From a virus, in IMG/VR virus record IMGVR_UViG_3300013383_000248: DNA of 51,718 nucleotides; one strand, 5' to 3'. Below are positions 38,321-48,214 of the stretch, piece by piece (the stretch's first letter is position 1; every line of letters begins with the position of its first letter). Below the pieces are notes generated by a model, which had not been told where the DNA came from, did no database searches, and worked only from the letters and a program-made list of their open reading frames with translations. The position numbers were made by a program, and so were the translations under genes.

Positions 38321-38683
38321 TTATTTCCTTGGACGTATCAGGGTCAATCGGTATTTAATTCCACTGTAAGTAAATTCCAATTCTCTCTCAGGATTTACCA
38401 CTACAATATTTTCCAAATTTGTATCAAGGTCACAATCAGCATCTTCAAGAGCAACTGCCAAATACTGGATAAGCCATCGCTTATCTTCATCCGGTTTGCG
38501 TTCCCGCTTGACACTTTCCACTTTCTTCCTATCAGCACGTCGTGCCTTTTTAGCACCTGCTTCAAGCTCCGGCGGCAATTCAAACAGTTTTTCGCCCCTA
38601 TCAATTCGCTTGTCCATTTCCAAAACTTGTTTGGCTTCTTCAATAGAGATTTTAAGCGAATTTGCCAATTTTTCAGCGTTCAC
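38321..38683 (-). CDS. family-A small protein, copy 1 (120 aa)
   Basis: paralog of 41285..41731 (shared DK(R/A)IDR(G/N)(E/Q)K and C-terminal Y(R/E)LTLI(R/Q)). Confidence 0.5.
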   Translation of the reverse strand: MNAEKLANSLKISIEEAKQVLEMDKRIDRGEKLFELPPELEAGAKKARRADRKKVESVKRERKPDEDKRWLIQYLAVALEDADCDLDTNLENIVVVNPERELEFTYSGIKYRLTLIRPRK

Positions 38684-38781
38684 AGTGTTCTTTCCACCTT
38701 TTTGAAATTTTGTTCCATAGAGCTAACTAGAGTTAGTTCTAGCTTAGAGGGGCGTTAAGCCCCTCTAGCCTTTTTCGGCGT

Positions 38782-39156
38782 TTATGCCTTGGTGTAATAA
38801 ACACGCCGCTTTTCAGTGGTCTTAATCACCTTACCACTATCTACCAGAGTTTTCAGCAAGTTCGCCATTCTCTGCGTAGACATATCATTTTCATGCTTGG
38901 CATTGAAATCAGCCACAACCGGCAGTTCCTTGAGCAGTTCCGCAATAGAATAAGTCCGGTTCATTTCCATCTGCTGATAAATCTGTTCCACCATCTCCGC
39001 ATTCTCCGCCTGCTGTTCGGTAGTTTTCTTGTCTGCGGACTTCTTAGAAACAGAAGCAAGCAGGGCTTCCAGCTTCTTCCGCACATCATCTGCAAGGACA
39101 ATGTCAGTGTTGTTCAGAACGGTGTTCAGAGCCTGAGCGTAGGTAATCTTTTCCAT
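38782..39156 (-). CDS. family-B small protein, copy 1 (124 aa)
   Basis: paralog of 41728..42153 and 10500..10895; C-terminus LVDSGKVIKTTEKRRVYYTKA. Confidence 0.5.
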   Translation of the reverse strand: MEKITYAQALNTVLNNTDIVLADDVRKKLEALLASVSKKSADKKTTEQQAENAEMVEQIYQQMEMNRTYSIAELLKELPVVADFNAKHENDMSTQRMANLLKTLVDSGKVIKTTEKRRVYYTKA

Positions 39157-39204
39157 GGTATCAATTCCTTTCTAGCGGTAGGTCGCAACCCTTATTTGTT
39201 TTTG

Positions 39205-39256
39205 TGTTCCTCTCTTGGAACAATTATATTGTATCACAAATCTGCTGATTTGTCAA
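39205..39256 (-). promoter_or_regulatory. TTGACA-N17-TACAAT promoter with conserved +1 palindrome TGTTCC-AAGAGA-GGAACA
   Basis: minus read TTGACAAATCAGCAGATTTGTGATACAAT ATAATTGTTCCAAGAGAGGAACA; same palindrome at 40381, 44387, 47850. Confidence 0.55.
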
Positions 39257-39382
39257 TACCTTTTTAATTAAATTTGCCACGATTTTTTTTCGGCTTGACA
39301 TTTTATCGCGGGACGCTGGAAGTATTTGTAGAATCGGCAATTTCAATACCGTAGCTATGAAAATTTTGGAAGGGGTGGGGCT

Positions 39383-40285
39383 TTATTCCAAGCCCCAATC
39401 ATTGTCATATCTTCCCAATTTCTTGAAGGGAAAATATTCAATACCTCTTTCAAACTTGTGCTTGGTCTTTGCACCAATCAGGGCAAACAGCATACTTTCA
39501 ATAATTGTATCTTCAAGGGCAGTATGTGCTTCTTCAAAATCTTCCTGCTGGAAACAATAGGCAAATGCTTTTTCTGCATTAGTCGGGTAATATCTTCCGC
39601 TTGCAGTATGCCAATCATTATTATAACACATCTGCTTATATTCAGGATTATTCAACAGGTGTTCACAAGACAGACCCCAAAGGTCAAACAGCGGATAACA
39701 CTTGCTACGGAGGCGGAACACATCCGGTTCAAACTCTTTCTGCGAATAGGGCTTGCTTCCGCGGGCTAATGCGTCACATCTGTTATTCTGGTAGGCTTCC
39801 CATTCAAAAAAGTCCTGTGAATACAGCTTGGAAATATAAAGCTCTGTGAATGGAATCGCTTTCTTGAAGTCGAACATACTGTTATATGCTCCGACAGCTT
39901 CAACAGCGTCCAAATCTTCAACCAATTCAGCAATAGCCGTGTTCCAATCGGTTAAATGAATTTCTCCGGTTTTCAGACGCTCCAAATAAATCGGACGCTT
40001 ACTTGCATAATATGCAGTATTGAAAACTGCGGGAACGCTGAAAATCTCAGAAATGAGATAAGACGCACGCTTATAGACCTTGCCCTTAATATCCACAATC
40101 TGCCATCCCAAATCATAAATCAGGGGCTTAGCGATTGCGACATTCTTTTTCTGTTCTGCGGTAAATTTTGCCGCATACGGAAGTGTTGCCGTTTCACAAT
40201 CCAGAATCAGGTAATACTTACGACGCTTGTCTAACTTAATCATAGGGAAATCCATCCTTTTAATATAATCAATAGGGCTTGCCAT
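39383..40285 (-). CDS. DEDDh-family 3-prime to 5-prime exonuclease (DnaQ/RNase T-like; 300 aa)
   Basis: Exo I ILDCETATL, Exo II AYNSMFD, Exo III HTALEDTIIE. Confidence 0.7.
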   Translation of the reverse strand: MASPIDYIKRMDFPMIKLDKRRKYYLILDCETATLPYAAKFTAEQKKNVAIAKPLIYDLGWQIVDIKGKVYKRASYLISEIFSVPAVFNTAYYASKRPIYLERLKTGEIHLTDWNTAIAELVEDLDAVEAVGAYNSMFDFKKAIPFTELYISKLYSQDFFEWEAYQNNRCDALARGSKPYSQKEFEPDVFRLRSKCYPLFDLWGLSCEHLLNNPEYKQMCYNNDWHTASGRYYPTNAEKAFAYCFQQEDFEEAHTALEDTIIESMLFALIGAKTKHKFERGIEYFPFKKLGRYDNDWGLE

Positions 40286-40306
40286 CGCTTCCCTTATTGC
40301 TCTTTC

Positions 40307-40335
40307 ATTATATCACACATCAGGCGATTTGTCAA
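40307..40335 (-). promoter_or_regulatory. perfect TTGACA-N17-TATAAT promoter
   Basis: minus read CTTGACAAATCGCCTGATGTGTGATATAATGAAAG; A-tract upstream. Confidence 0.65.
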
Positions 40336-40665
40336 GAGTTTTTTTTATTATTTGAAAATTTCTTTTTGATTGCCTTTCGTGTTTTGTCCTCTCTCTTGGA
40401 ACAATTATAGTTTATCACATCTTGCCCAAAATGTCAAGAAGAATATTTATTCATTTTCAATGAATATTTATGCACGCTTTAACACTTTAATGCACTAAAG
40501 TGGTGCCGCTTTAGGGATTTATCACTTTAGTCAAATGAAGCAGGATTTTGCTGGAAAAATTGGTAAATACTGGAAAAAACGAAAATTCCTCGCGGCTGGG
40601 CCGTGGCCGCGAGGCTCAAATGTCAATAGTCAAAATGCACAAAAATAAAAGGGGCATTTCTGCCC

Positions 40666-41229
40666 CTATACATTCGCCATTACCAAATTGTAATTATTTT
40701 CAAAAACTTGTAAATCTTCAACAGTCGGTTCAAAAGCCTCAAATCTGTCATTCGGGATATACTTATGAGACTTGCGGAAATAATTTCTCATCAGACTTTC
40801 CAGCACCTGAGCCAAATCATCATTCGGCACTTGGTAAGATTTTACAACTTCTACATCAGAGATAACAACGCCATCCCTTTTGTATTCATGGTTAATAAAA
40901 TCACGCATCCGCTTTACAACAATATTAGCTTTTCCAATTTTTGTAAAAACCCAATTGCCTACATCATCGAACATCTTAATCAGATAAGTGTTGCTAACTC
41001 CATCTTCTTTTGGACGCTTCTTAGTGATAAATTCACCAATGGCAAGAATTACCCTGTTTACTTTATCCAGAATATACTTTTTTGCCCAATCCTTACAGGC
41101 ATTAAAAATTTCTTCACAGGCTTCAAACCAATGCGGCTTCCAACGTGCATTAGCATTGTCAAATCTTTCCTTTGCACCCTCAAAATCATTCGAGGAAACA
41201 TAATCAGAATAAGTGGGATTTTTTGCCAT
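40666..41229 (-). CDS. hypothetical protein (~187 aa from ATG at 41229)
   Basis: AGGTGATAAAA-ATG RBS/start (MAKNPTYSDY...); track ORF uses an upstream alternative start. Confidence 0.45.
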   Translation of the reverse strand: MAKNPTYSDYVSSNDFEGAKERFDNANARWKPHWFEACEEIFNACKDWAKKYILDKVNRVILAIGEFITKKRPKEDGVSNTYLIKMFDDVGNWVFTKIGKANIVVKRMRDFINHEYKRDGVVISDVEVVKSYQVPNDDLAQVLESLMRNYFRKSHKYIPNDRFEAFEPTVEDLQVFENNYNLVMANV

Positions 41230-41284
41230 TTTTATCACCTTTTTCAATTTTTTTTGTAGAAAATGGGGAAAATTCCCCATTTTC

Positions 41285-41731
41285 TTATGCTTTTTTAGCT
41301 CTTTTCTGGATAAGTGTCAATTCGTAGCGATTTCCATTACTTGTAAACATAATAGTTCGCTCTTTATTTGTAATTTCTTCATCCAGCACTTCAAATTCTG
41401 CCAATTCTGTCAAAAATTTTGACAAACCGGCGATAATTTCGCCCTTTGTTGCATTAGGCTTACGCGGGCGGTAAACATTGCTTTTGACATTGTGCTCTTT
41501 GACATTAGCCAATTTCATAGCTTGCTTATGTTCTTCTGGAGACAAATCAAAATCAACTTTCTGATTTCTGTCAATAGCTTTGTCGGCGTCCAGAATGTCA
41601 ACAGCTTCATCGATTGAACATTCCAGCTTATCAACAAGATTATCGACTTTTGCCCATTCCTTTTCTGTCAGCTTTCTCATAAATTTCCTTTCAATGAGTG
41701 GGGCGGATTTCTCCGCCCCTTGGTTCATCAC
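41285..41731 (-). CDS. family-A small protein, copy 2 (148 aa)
   Basis: paralog of 38321..38683. Confidence 0.5.
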   Translation of the reverse strand: MMNQGAEKSAPLIERKFMRKLTEKEWAKVDNLVDKLECSIDEAVDILDADKAIDRNQKVDFDLSPEEHKQAMKLANVKEHNVKSNVYRPRKPNATKGEIIAGLSKFLTELAEFEVLDEEITNKERTIMFTSNGNRYELTLIQKRAKKA

Positions 41732-42153
41732 GCCTTAGTGTAGAACACTCTACGCTTCTCCGTGGTCTTGACGACCCTGCCACTATCTACCAGCGGCTTA
41801 ATCAGGCTTGCCATCTTCTGAGAAGAAAGTTCCGTCTCATGCTCTGCATTATATTCAGAGACAACAGGCAGTTCCTTCATCAGGTCTGCGATTGCATACT
41901 TGCGTTCAAACGCCATCTGCTCATAAATATGTTCAGTGTAAGCGGCGTTTTTCTCCTGTTCCTGAGACTGCTTCTTGTTTTCCTTCTTATTGTCCAGCAG
42001 TTCAATCTGGTGATTGATGAAGTCAATCAGAGATTCATCTGCGTCATGCTGGGCGAGGAAGTCAGAAACAGAGGTGAACATTTCCTTGCGGGTGGGAGCC
42101 TTAATCTTATCCATAGTATCAATTCCTTTCTGGTTTTTAAGTGTTTCCCTCAC
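41728..42153 (-). CDS. family-B small protein, copy 2 (141 aa)
   Basis: C-terminus LVDSGRVVKTTEKRRVFYTKA; start/stop overlap with copy-2 A gene. Confidence 0.5.
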   Translation of the reverse strand: MRETLKNQKGIDTMDKIKAPTRKEMFTSVSDFLAQHDADESLIDFINHQIELLDNKKENKKQSQEQEKNAAYTEHIYEQMAFERKYAIADLMKELPVVSEYNAEHETELSSQKMASLIKPLVDSGRVVKTTEKRRVFYTKA

Positions 42154-42164
42154 TTGTTGACTTA

Positions 42165-42194
42165 ATTATATCACATCAGGTGGGGTTTGTCAAG
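42165..42194 (-). promoter_or_regulatory. TTGACA-N17-TATAAT promoter for cassette 2
   Basis: plus ttaattatatcacatcaggtggggtttgtcaag. Confidence 0.55.
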
Positions 42195-42437
42195 ACTTTT
42201 TTTTATTTTTTTTCAACCTTTTTTCTTGACTTCCTTATGCACTCGACAGGGTTTTGTTGCAAGCTTTACCAGCCCCTCCTGACATTATGTAGTATAGCAC
42301 ATTTCAGGAATTTTGTCTATGGGCAAAATGCACAAAATTTGCATGAAAAAATTGTGCAATCTGCACAAAAATTAAAATGCCGCCCGGTGCGCAAGACATC
42401 GGGCGGCTCAAATGAACCGCCCATTTTTTAAGAATTT

Positions 42438-43006
42438 TCATTCCATGCCGCAGGCAATTTCTGTTAAATTTGCAACAGACCGGAAAATTTCAGATGCGTT
42501 CCAGTCATCATCCAGAAAACACCAACAACCGCAATACTCACCCATAATGTTAATAGGATAACAGACCCAATAGGGGAATGGGCAAAACCTCATATTCTTT
42601 TCTTCTGGAATAAACTGGTCAGGAAGGCTTCCGGGTCTATAACTATCAAGCTTAGACCCATCAGCTCCATAGAGTACATAACTAATGTTGTTGTCAGCAA
42701 GCCAAGCATACATAACAGATAAAAAGAAATTCATGTGTTAAAATCCTTCTTCCCATCAAGAATCGCTTCAATTTCTGAAGTGGTCATGCGGCCTACTTTT
42801 TCTTCAATCTCGTGAAGGATATCTCCATCGTCTCCGCAGATTTCATCGGTGATGTTCAGCCATTCATCATAAATGTGAAGCAGGACAAAATCGCCTGATT
42901 CGATTGTTGCACCACAACAGCCGCAGATAATTTCATCTCTGTCTTGATTCCAGATACCCGCCTGAACAGTTCCCTCATTGTCCATGAAAATAACCTGATA
43001 ATTCAT
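42438..43006 (-). CDS. two hypothetical proteins 42438..42734 (98 aa, Cys-rich) and 42731..43006 (91 aa)
   Basis: overlapping ORFs; promoter TTGACA-N17-TATAAT at ~43036-43065. Confidence 0.4.
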
Positions 43007-43061
43007 TGTATCATTTCCTTTCCTTTTGATAAATCAATTATACTACAGGTCAAAGGGCTTG

Positions 43062-43481
43062 TCAAGCCCTTTGATTAAATTTTACTCCAATATCCAAAAT
43101 CTCTTTAAGGATTTCTTCATAATTGCGCCACTCGCCATAACGATATTCAGAGTCATAATACCACAGACCATAGCGCGAAACAATTCCATTTATAATTTTA
43201 ATGGGAACTTCATAGCCCATGTCATCAAAATAATCATTGATAAATTGTGCTTGGGCATAAGAATGAATTTCTACAGCTTCAATTTCATCGCATTGCGGAT
43301 AATTAAACCCCTCAATTTCCTTGCCCTCAAGGTCAAACAGTTTCAAAGGTTCGCAGTTTTCAGATTTACACAAATCTTCGTATCTGCATTTCCATTCATG
43401 ATGAAGACATTCTGCTTCATCGTCGAACACCTGCCCGCAGAAGTCGCATTCATAAGTAGTAATTTCAGTCATTATTATCAT
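43062..43481 (-). CDS. zinc-finger hypothetical protein (139 aa)
   Basis: CDFCGQ..CLHHEWKC..C..C motif; own promoter at ~43503-43533. Confidence 0.4.
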   Translation of the reverse strand: MIIMTEITTYECDFCGQVFDDEAECLHHEWKCRYEDLCKSENCEPLKLFDLEGKEIEGFNYPQCDEIEAVEIHSYAQAQFINDYFDDMGYEVPIKIINGIVSRYGLWYYDSEYRYGEWRNYEEILKEILDIGVKFNQRA

Positions 43482-43580
43482 TTCCTTTCCTTTTGGTACT
43501 ATTATTATATCAAATTTTTTTTAATTTGTCAAGCCGGTTGGGAATTTTTTTTTATAATTTTTTTCCCAACCGGCGGTCGC

Positions 43581-44351
43581 TTAAATGTAAATAATTCCCT
43601 GACCAGCAGCAGGCGGATTCGTACTGTCTACAGTGATTTCTGTTTCCGCGTCCTGCCCTTCTTCATCTTCATATTCAACATGGAAAGTCAAATCTCCAAC
43701 ATTATCCAGATAAGCCTGAATTGCTTTTCTGATTCCATCCATGTATTTTTCTTCTTTCTCTTGGTCAAGTTTGTTAATACGCTTCTTTGCAAGGTCAATC
43801 AGGGTCTGCAATTCTTCCGGAGTCTTTTTATTCACATAATCGTGCAAATCCTGCAAATTCATTGCTTCGACGATAGCACTTTCCATATACATTTTTATCA
43901 ATTCCTTTCTTTTATGGTAGGCTGTTAAGCCTACCATTTATTTCATAATCGGGCACGTGTTCATTCCATTGTCTTTCATCCAGTGAATAAAATCTTCGGC
44001 GGAAAGTTCTTCCGAAAGTCTCTTGAAACTCAAATCATAATCAAGCGGATTGTAAATTGTTTCACGTGAAACAGGGAAGCTAATTTTTTCGGGCTTGTAA
44101 TCTTCGCCTTTCCAATATCTTATATTTTCAAGATGGAATTTTTTGATTCTATTGTTGAAAATGCCGCGTTTGATAGAACCATTGACATAGTGGCGGCTGA
44201 TAGCTACCGCGAAGTCTGTTGCATCTTTGATTGTCATTGTTTCACGATCAGGCGGTTCAGGGCAATAGACAAGCTGAGTAGACCAATTCAGAATAGGCTC
44301 TTGACCATCATTCATTTTCATATAAATGCGTTTCCAATACAGATTCTTCAT
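43581..44351 (-). CDS. two hypothetical proteins 43581..43937 (118 aa) and 43938..44351 (137 aa)
   Basis: ORFs; promoter at ~44398-44426 with +1 palindrome. Confidence 0.4.
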
Positions 44352-44588
44352 AATATATCATTTCCTTTCATTTGGTTATTCTCTCTTGGAACAATTATAG
44401 TATAACTGATTCCGGGAGAAAAGTCAACTGTCATTTTGCACAAAAATTTGGGCAAAAATTTGTGCAAAGTGCTAAAAATCTTAAATTCTGGCTGTGACGC
44501 ACGATCACAGCCAGCTCAAATGTTTTTCCATCTAATTCCAATAGGAAGGAAGAAAATGGGAATCCAAATTCTGGATTCCCATTTTCTT

Positions 44589-44837
44589 TCAAATCGAAAG
44601 ACATTCATTTCCAGCCATTGTTTCAATATAGGAAATTTCTTCATAATCAACGTTAGCTTCATCAAGTGCCGCTTCCACAGCATCTTGAAAATCCCATGAT
44701 TCATCCTCAAACCAATCATCTTGTGCTTCGGTCGTTTCCTCAGCATTTCCATAATCTTCCATGGGTTTCCATTTATCATCTACTTCTACTTCTACAGGAA
44801 CGACTGTCTGAACACGAACATACGCAATAAATTTCAT
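44589..44837 (-). CDS. small highly acidic protein (82 aa)
   Basis: ORF; D/E-rich. Confidence 0.35.
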   Translation of the reverse strand: MKFIAYVRVQTVVPVEVEVDDKWKPMEDYGNAEETTEAQDDWFEDESWDFQDAVEAALDEANVDYEEISYIETMAGNECLSI

Positions 44838-44972
44838 TTTTTACCAATCCTTTCTTTTAACCCAATGCAATCAAAATTCTAATGTCTGTTGCTTCTTCAA
44901 GCAAAATTTCAAGTTGTTCATCATTCATTACTTATTTCTCCTTTTTTATCAGGGGACTTTTGTCCCCTGATT

Positions 44973-45446
44973 TTATTCCAGCCCGTTCAGAATTTCTTTC
45001 AATACTTCAAGAATGTTTGTTGTAGTCGGGTCAATCGCCCCGCCCAAGTCCCAATCACGCCGTACTCTTGCGTCATCATCAAAAATCAGGGCTTCTTCAT
45101 CTGCGGCAAGTCTTGCGGCTTCAACCTTATGTTTCGGCGTTCCATAAGCTACGCACCGCAGACTGTCGAATGGAAAACCATATGATTTCAGCCAAGCACG
45201 TTTTGCTTTTCTTACTTCATCATCATACTGTTTGTTCGGCTCTTTAGAAAGCCAAGTGATAACAGCAACGTTAATTCCGCAATTCTGGAGACTACGAAGC
45301 AGACACCCAAGTTCTGCCATATCTACAAGCGGTTCGGCGGTCTGATAGGGTGTAGGGTCATATGCTCTAAGCATTTCCAACCAGTTAGGAACATTGTATA
45401 AGTCAACCAGAGTTCCATCAAGATCGAAGCAAATTTCCTTAATCAT
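44973..45446 (-). CDS. HAD-superfamily phosphatase (157 aa)
   Basis: motif I FDLDGTLVD at N-terminus (as in T4 Pnk phosphatase domain and 5-prime nucleotidases). Confidence 0.6.
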   Translation of the reverse strand: MIKEICFDLDGTLVDLYNVPNWLEMLRAYDPTPYQTAEPLVDMAELGCLLRSLQNCGINVAVITWLSKEPNKQYDDEVRKAKRAWLKSYGFPFDSLRCVAYGTPKHKVEAARLAADEEALIFDDDARVRRDWDLGGAIDPTTTNILEVLKEILNGLE

Positions 45447-45516
45447 TTTATCATTTCCTTTCTCTTTTGGAGTATCTTTATTATAGCAGGTTCAGCCGGA
45501 TTTGTCAAGTGTTTTT

Positions 45517-45900
45517 TCAAACTAATTTGATATTTTTATAATTTTCAATCACGCGGGCACTTGCGAATGGCATAATTGACATATCCTTTGCTTTAGGGTC
45601 TACACTGATTTGGATATTTTTTCCAAGAGCATAGGCGTATCCGATTTCCCAAGCTGTTCCAGAATCAGAATACAAACCATCATACACAGCAAAAACCATG
45701 TCGCAGTCTTGAATTGCCGCGATATCCATTTTGAAAACTTCACGTGCCCAATTTTCCTGCGACATATCCCAAGCATTCGGGATTGTATGTTCTTGCGGCA
45801 CATATACATCATACCCAAGCCGGCGGAAACCAGCCACATATGAATCAATTCTTTCTTTAGTCTCAGGGCGGAAGAAAGCACCAGCCATATAAATCTTCAT
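45517..45900 (-). CDS. nucleoside 2-deoxyribosyltransferase-like protein (127 aa from ATG)
   Basis: MKIYMAGAFF...DSGTAWEIGYAYALGK signature; upstream TTG start in track lies inside a terminator hairpin, so the ATG at ~45900 is preferred. Confidence 0.55.
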   Translation of the reverse strand: MKIYMAGAFFRPETKERIDSYVAGFRRLGYDVYVPQEHTIPNAWDMSQENWAREVFKMDIAAIQDCDMVFAVYDGLYSDSGTAWEIGYAYALGKNIQISVDPKAKDMSIMPFASARVIENYKNIKLV

Positions 45901-45935
45901 TCCACATTTTCCTTTTCTTTTGGATAGAGGGGATT

Positions 45936-46133
45936 TCAAAATCCCCTCTTGATTTTCTCAAATGCGGGATAGAATCTATCTTCCCACATATCCATCAAAT
46001 CTTGGTCGTTAGTCCGCTGGATTTCCCAGACAAGAGCCCCATATGCGTTATGCTCATACAGCTCAGCCTGCTCAGGGTACTCTCGTGCCCACTCCATCTG
46101 CTGATTGATAAACGACACAATTGTATTTTCCAT
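45936..46133 (-). CDS. small hypothetical protein (65 aa)
   Basis: TTGACT-N17-TATAAT promoter at 46140-46175 and AAGGAAAGGGG RBS. Confidence 0.4.
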   Translation of the reverse strand: MENTIVSFINQQMEWAREYPEQAELYEHNAYGALVWEIQRTNDQDLMDMWEDRFYPAFEKIKRGF

Positions 46134-46427
46134 TTTGTATTCCCCTTTCCTTTTGTACCCTTATTATAGCACAGGGCATACCAGAAGTCAAGCATAAAAT
46201 ATTCGTCAAATTGCACAAAGATTTTGGGAAAAATTTCCAAGAGCTAGATTGGTAGATTTTGGAAAACTTTTTTACGTTAGCACTTTAATTGGCTAAATTC
46301 CGGCCGCATGGGGCGTGTGCGGCCGGACCGAATGCTTTCCCAGATTATGGGACTGTTAAAATTTGCCGCATTTGACTTTTCAACTGGAAAATTATAGAAT
46401 TAAAATAGAAATAAAAAATTATTTTTT

Positions 46428-46505
46428 TTATATAAAAATTATATTATTTTTTTTTATAATTTTCAAATAAGATTTCCTCCCAAAATATTGGGAGGAAATT
46501 CAAAT
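46428..46505 (-). promoter_or_regulatory. AT-rich sigma70-type promoter copy followed (plus coordinates 46475-46505) by hairpin cctcccaaaatattgggagg
   Basis: tatataaaaattatattatttttttttataattttcaa is the only copy of the AT-rich motif found in the GC-richer half. Confidence 0.45.
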
Positions 46506-46510
46506 CATTT

Positions 46511-47868
46511 CTAAAATTTATCGTGTGGAATTTCGGGATAGTCAAGAATTTTTGCGACAAATTCATTATACTTATCGACTATCATATATTTTTCTTCAAG
46601 GCGTTTTTTAATATAATACTCAGCTTCTGAGCGGCACGAAGCATCTACAAAAAACACTCGTGGCCAATTTTCCTCAGCAGGATTAAGATTGATTACTAGA
46701 TATTTCCAAGTTGGATAACCTTTCACATTTACCACTCCTTAACATTTAATGTAGCTTCTACGGTGTAAACTTTTGTATCATCAGGGAAACAATCAAATTC
46801 TCCGGTAGCTAAATCAATAGCATTGATTTCATCGCCTTCATTGTCAAGAGATTCTGTTTTCATGTGAATTGTATCTGTTCTAGGGTCACGGAATACTGTT
46901 CCAATGTCAAGGGAAGCAAAATGCACAAACACTTTTTTTCTGGCTGTACTCAATTTTCATTTTCATTTTTCCTTTCTATTTTCTAACTAGCCTTTTGGCA
47001 ATATTCTTTTGAATTGTATTATATAGGGCTTTCGGCATCTGCATTTGCCCGTTGGCTCTAAAAATGGCGGTTGCTTTATCAAGGTTGACATAGTATAATG
47101 TGATTAGAAATTTCATTTCAATATCTGTAATTAAAATCACTCCTGTGTCTGTAAGGATTTGCCATTTACCTTGATATTTGAATTGAGCCACCGGATTACC
47201 TATGCCGGTATTCATTTGAATTTGAACATATCTGTCTAAGCGGTCATTCTTGATATGTTTGCTAACTTGCAATTTTGTAATATCCATTCTAATTTCCTCC
47301 TTTTGGAAGAGGGCTCTTCAGCCCTCGTTCCTATCATCTTCAATCCAACGATTAAGGAACTGTTCACAAGTTTCTTCTGGATTATCAATAGCTGAATCTT
47401 GACAAGCCATTTGAAAAGGGCAGACATCGCAAGAGGAACGACTGAGCATATCAATCAGCATTTCCTTATCAAGGATATATTTTGCAAATTCAGACATTTT
47501 CATTTTTATTTCCTCCTTAGTCAATATAAGTGGACGTTAAGCAAATCCATTCGCGGTTCTGGTACTTGGGGCTTCTCTCCCTAGCGTCTGCTAGGGAGTA
47601 GCCATATGCAATTTCAGTTTCATTCGTGTTGACGTTGAACATCTCGAATTCCCACATAATGTCAACCCTCCTCGATGCAACCGCAGACTGCGTACCACAG
47701 ACCCATATACTCATCATAGTTGCGGGCATATGTGTTGCAGAAGTTGTTCATGCTCTCAGCACTGAAATCATGGTCATTGTCAATCCATTTGCTCAACAGT
47801 TCGGCGATTTTTTCCATTGTCATTTTTTGTATCCTCGTTTCATTTTTATTTCGTTCCCCTTGGAACAA
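46511..47868 (-). CDS. six small hypothetical proteins: 46511..46735, 46729..46953, 46976..47287, 47318..47524 (CxxC), 47517..47729, 47662..47868
   Basis: compact minus-strand ORFs with overlapping ends; driven by promoter 47873-47901. Confidence 0.35.
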
Positions 47869-47872
47869 TTAT

Positions 47873-47958
47873 ATTCTAGCATACCCTATAGCAAATGTCA
47901 ATAGGAAAGTCAAATTTTTTTATTCGTCAATATGCACAAAGATTTTGGTAATATTTGG
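47873..47958 (-). promoter_or_regulatory. TTGACA-N17-TAGAAT promoter with +1 palindrome (47850-47867) and upstream ATTCGTCAATATGCACAAAGATTTTGG box
   Basis: same three-part architecture as 44387-44473 and 46140-46228. Confidence 0.5.
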
Positions 47959-47959
47959 T

Positions 47960-48130
47960 ATGGAAATATATACCATAAGTGGTAGATTATGGGAAATGGA
48001 ACATAATGTCAAATATGGAAGAATTTGGCTGGAAATATGTGGAAATGGTATTAAATGGAAAATGCGGGGCGTGGCGAGCCTGCTGTGGATATAGCAATTT
48101 CGCCACGCCCCGCCCAGGCAAATTCATTTG
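47960..48130. repeat. GGAAAT/ATGGAA iteron cluster followed by long GC-rich hairpin GCGGGGCGTGGCGA...TCGCCACGCCCCGC
   Basis: six or more (T)GGAAAT repeats in 80 nt, then 14-bp GC stem with 21-nt loop. Confidence 0.45.
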
Positions 48131-48214
48131 ATTAAAGTGATGATGAAGTAAAGAAGATGATTTGAAAAGTGGGCTGGAAACTGTTTCCAATTTCCAGCCC
48201 TTGGGATTTCAGGA

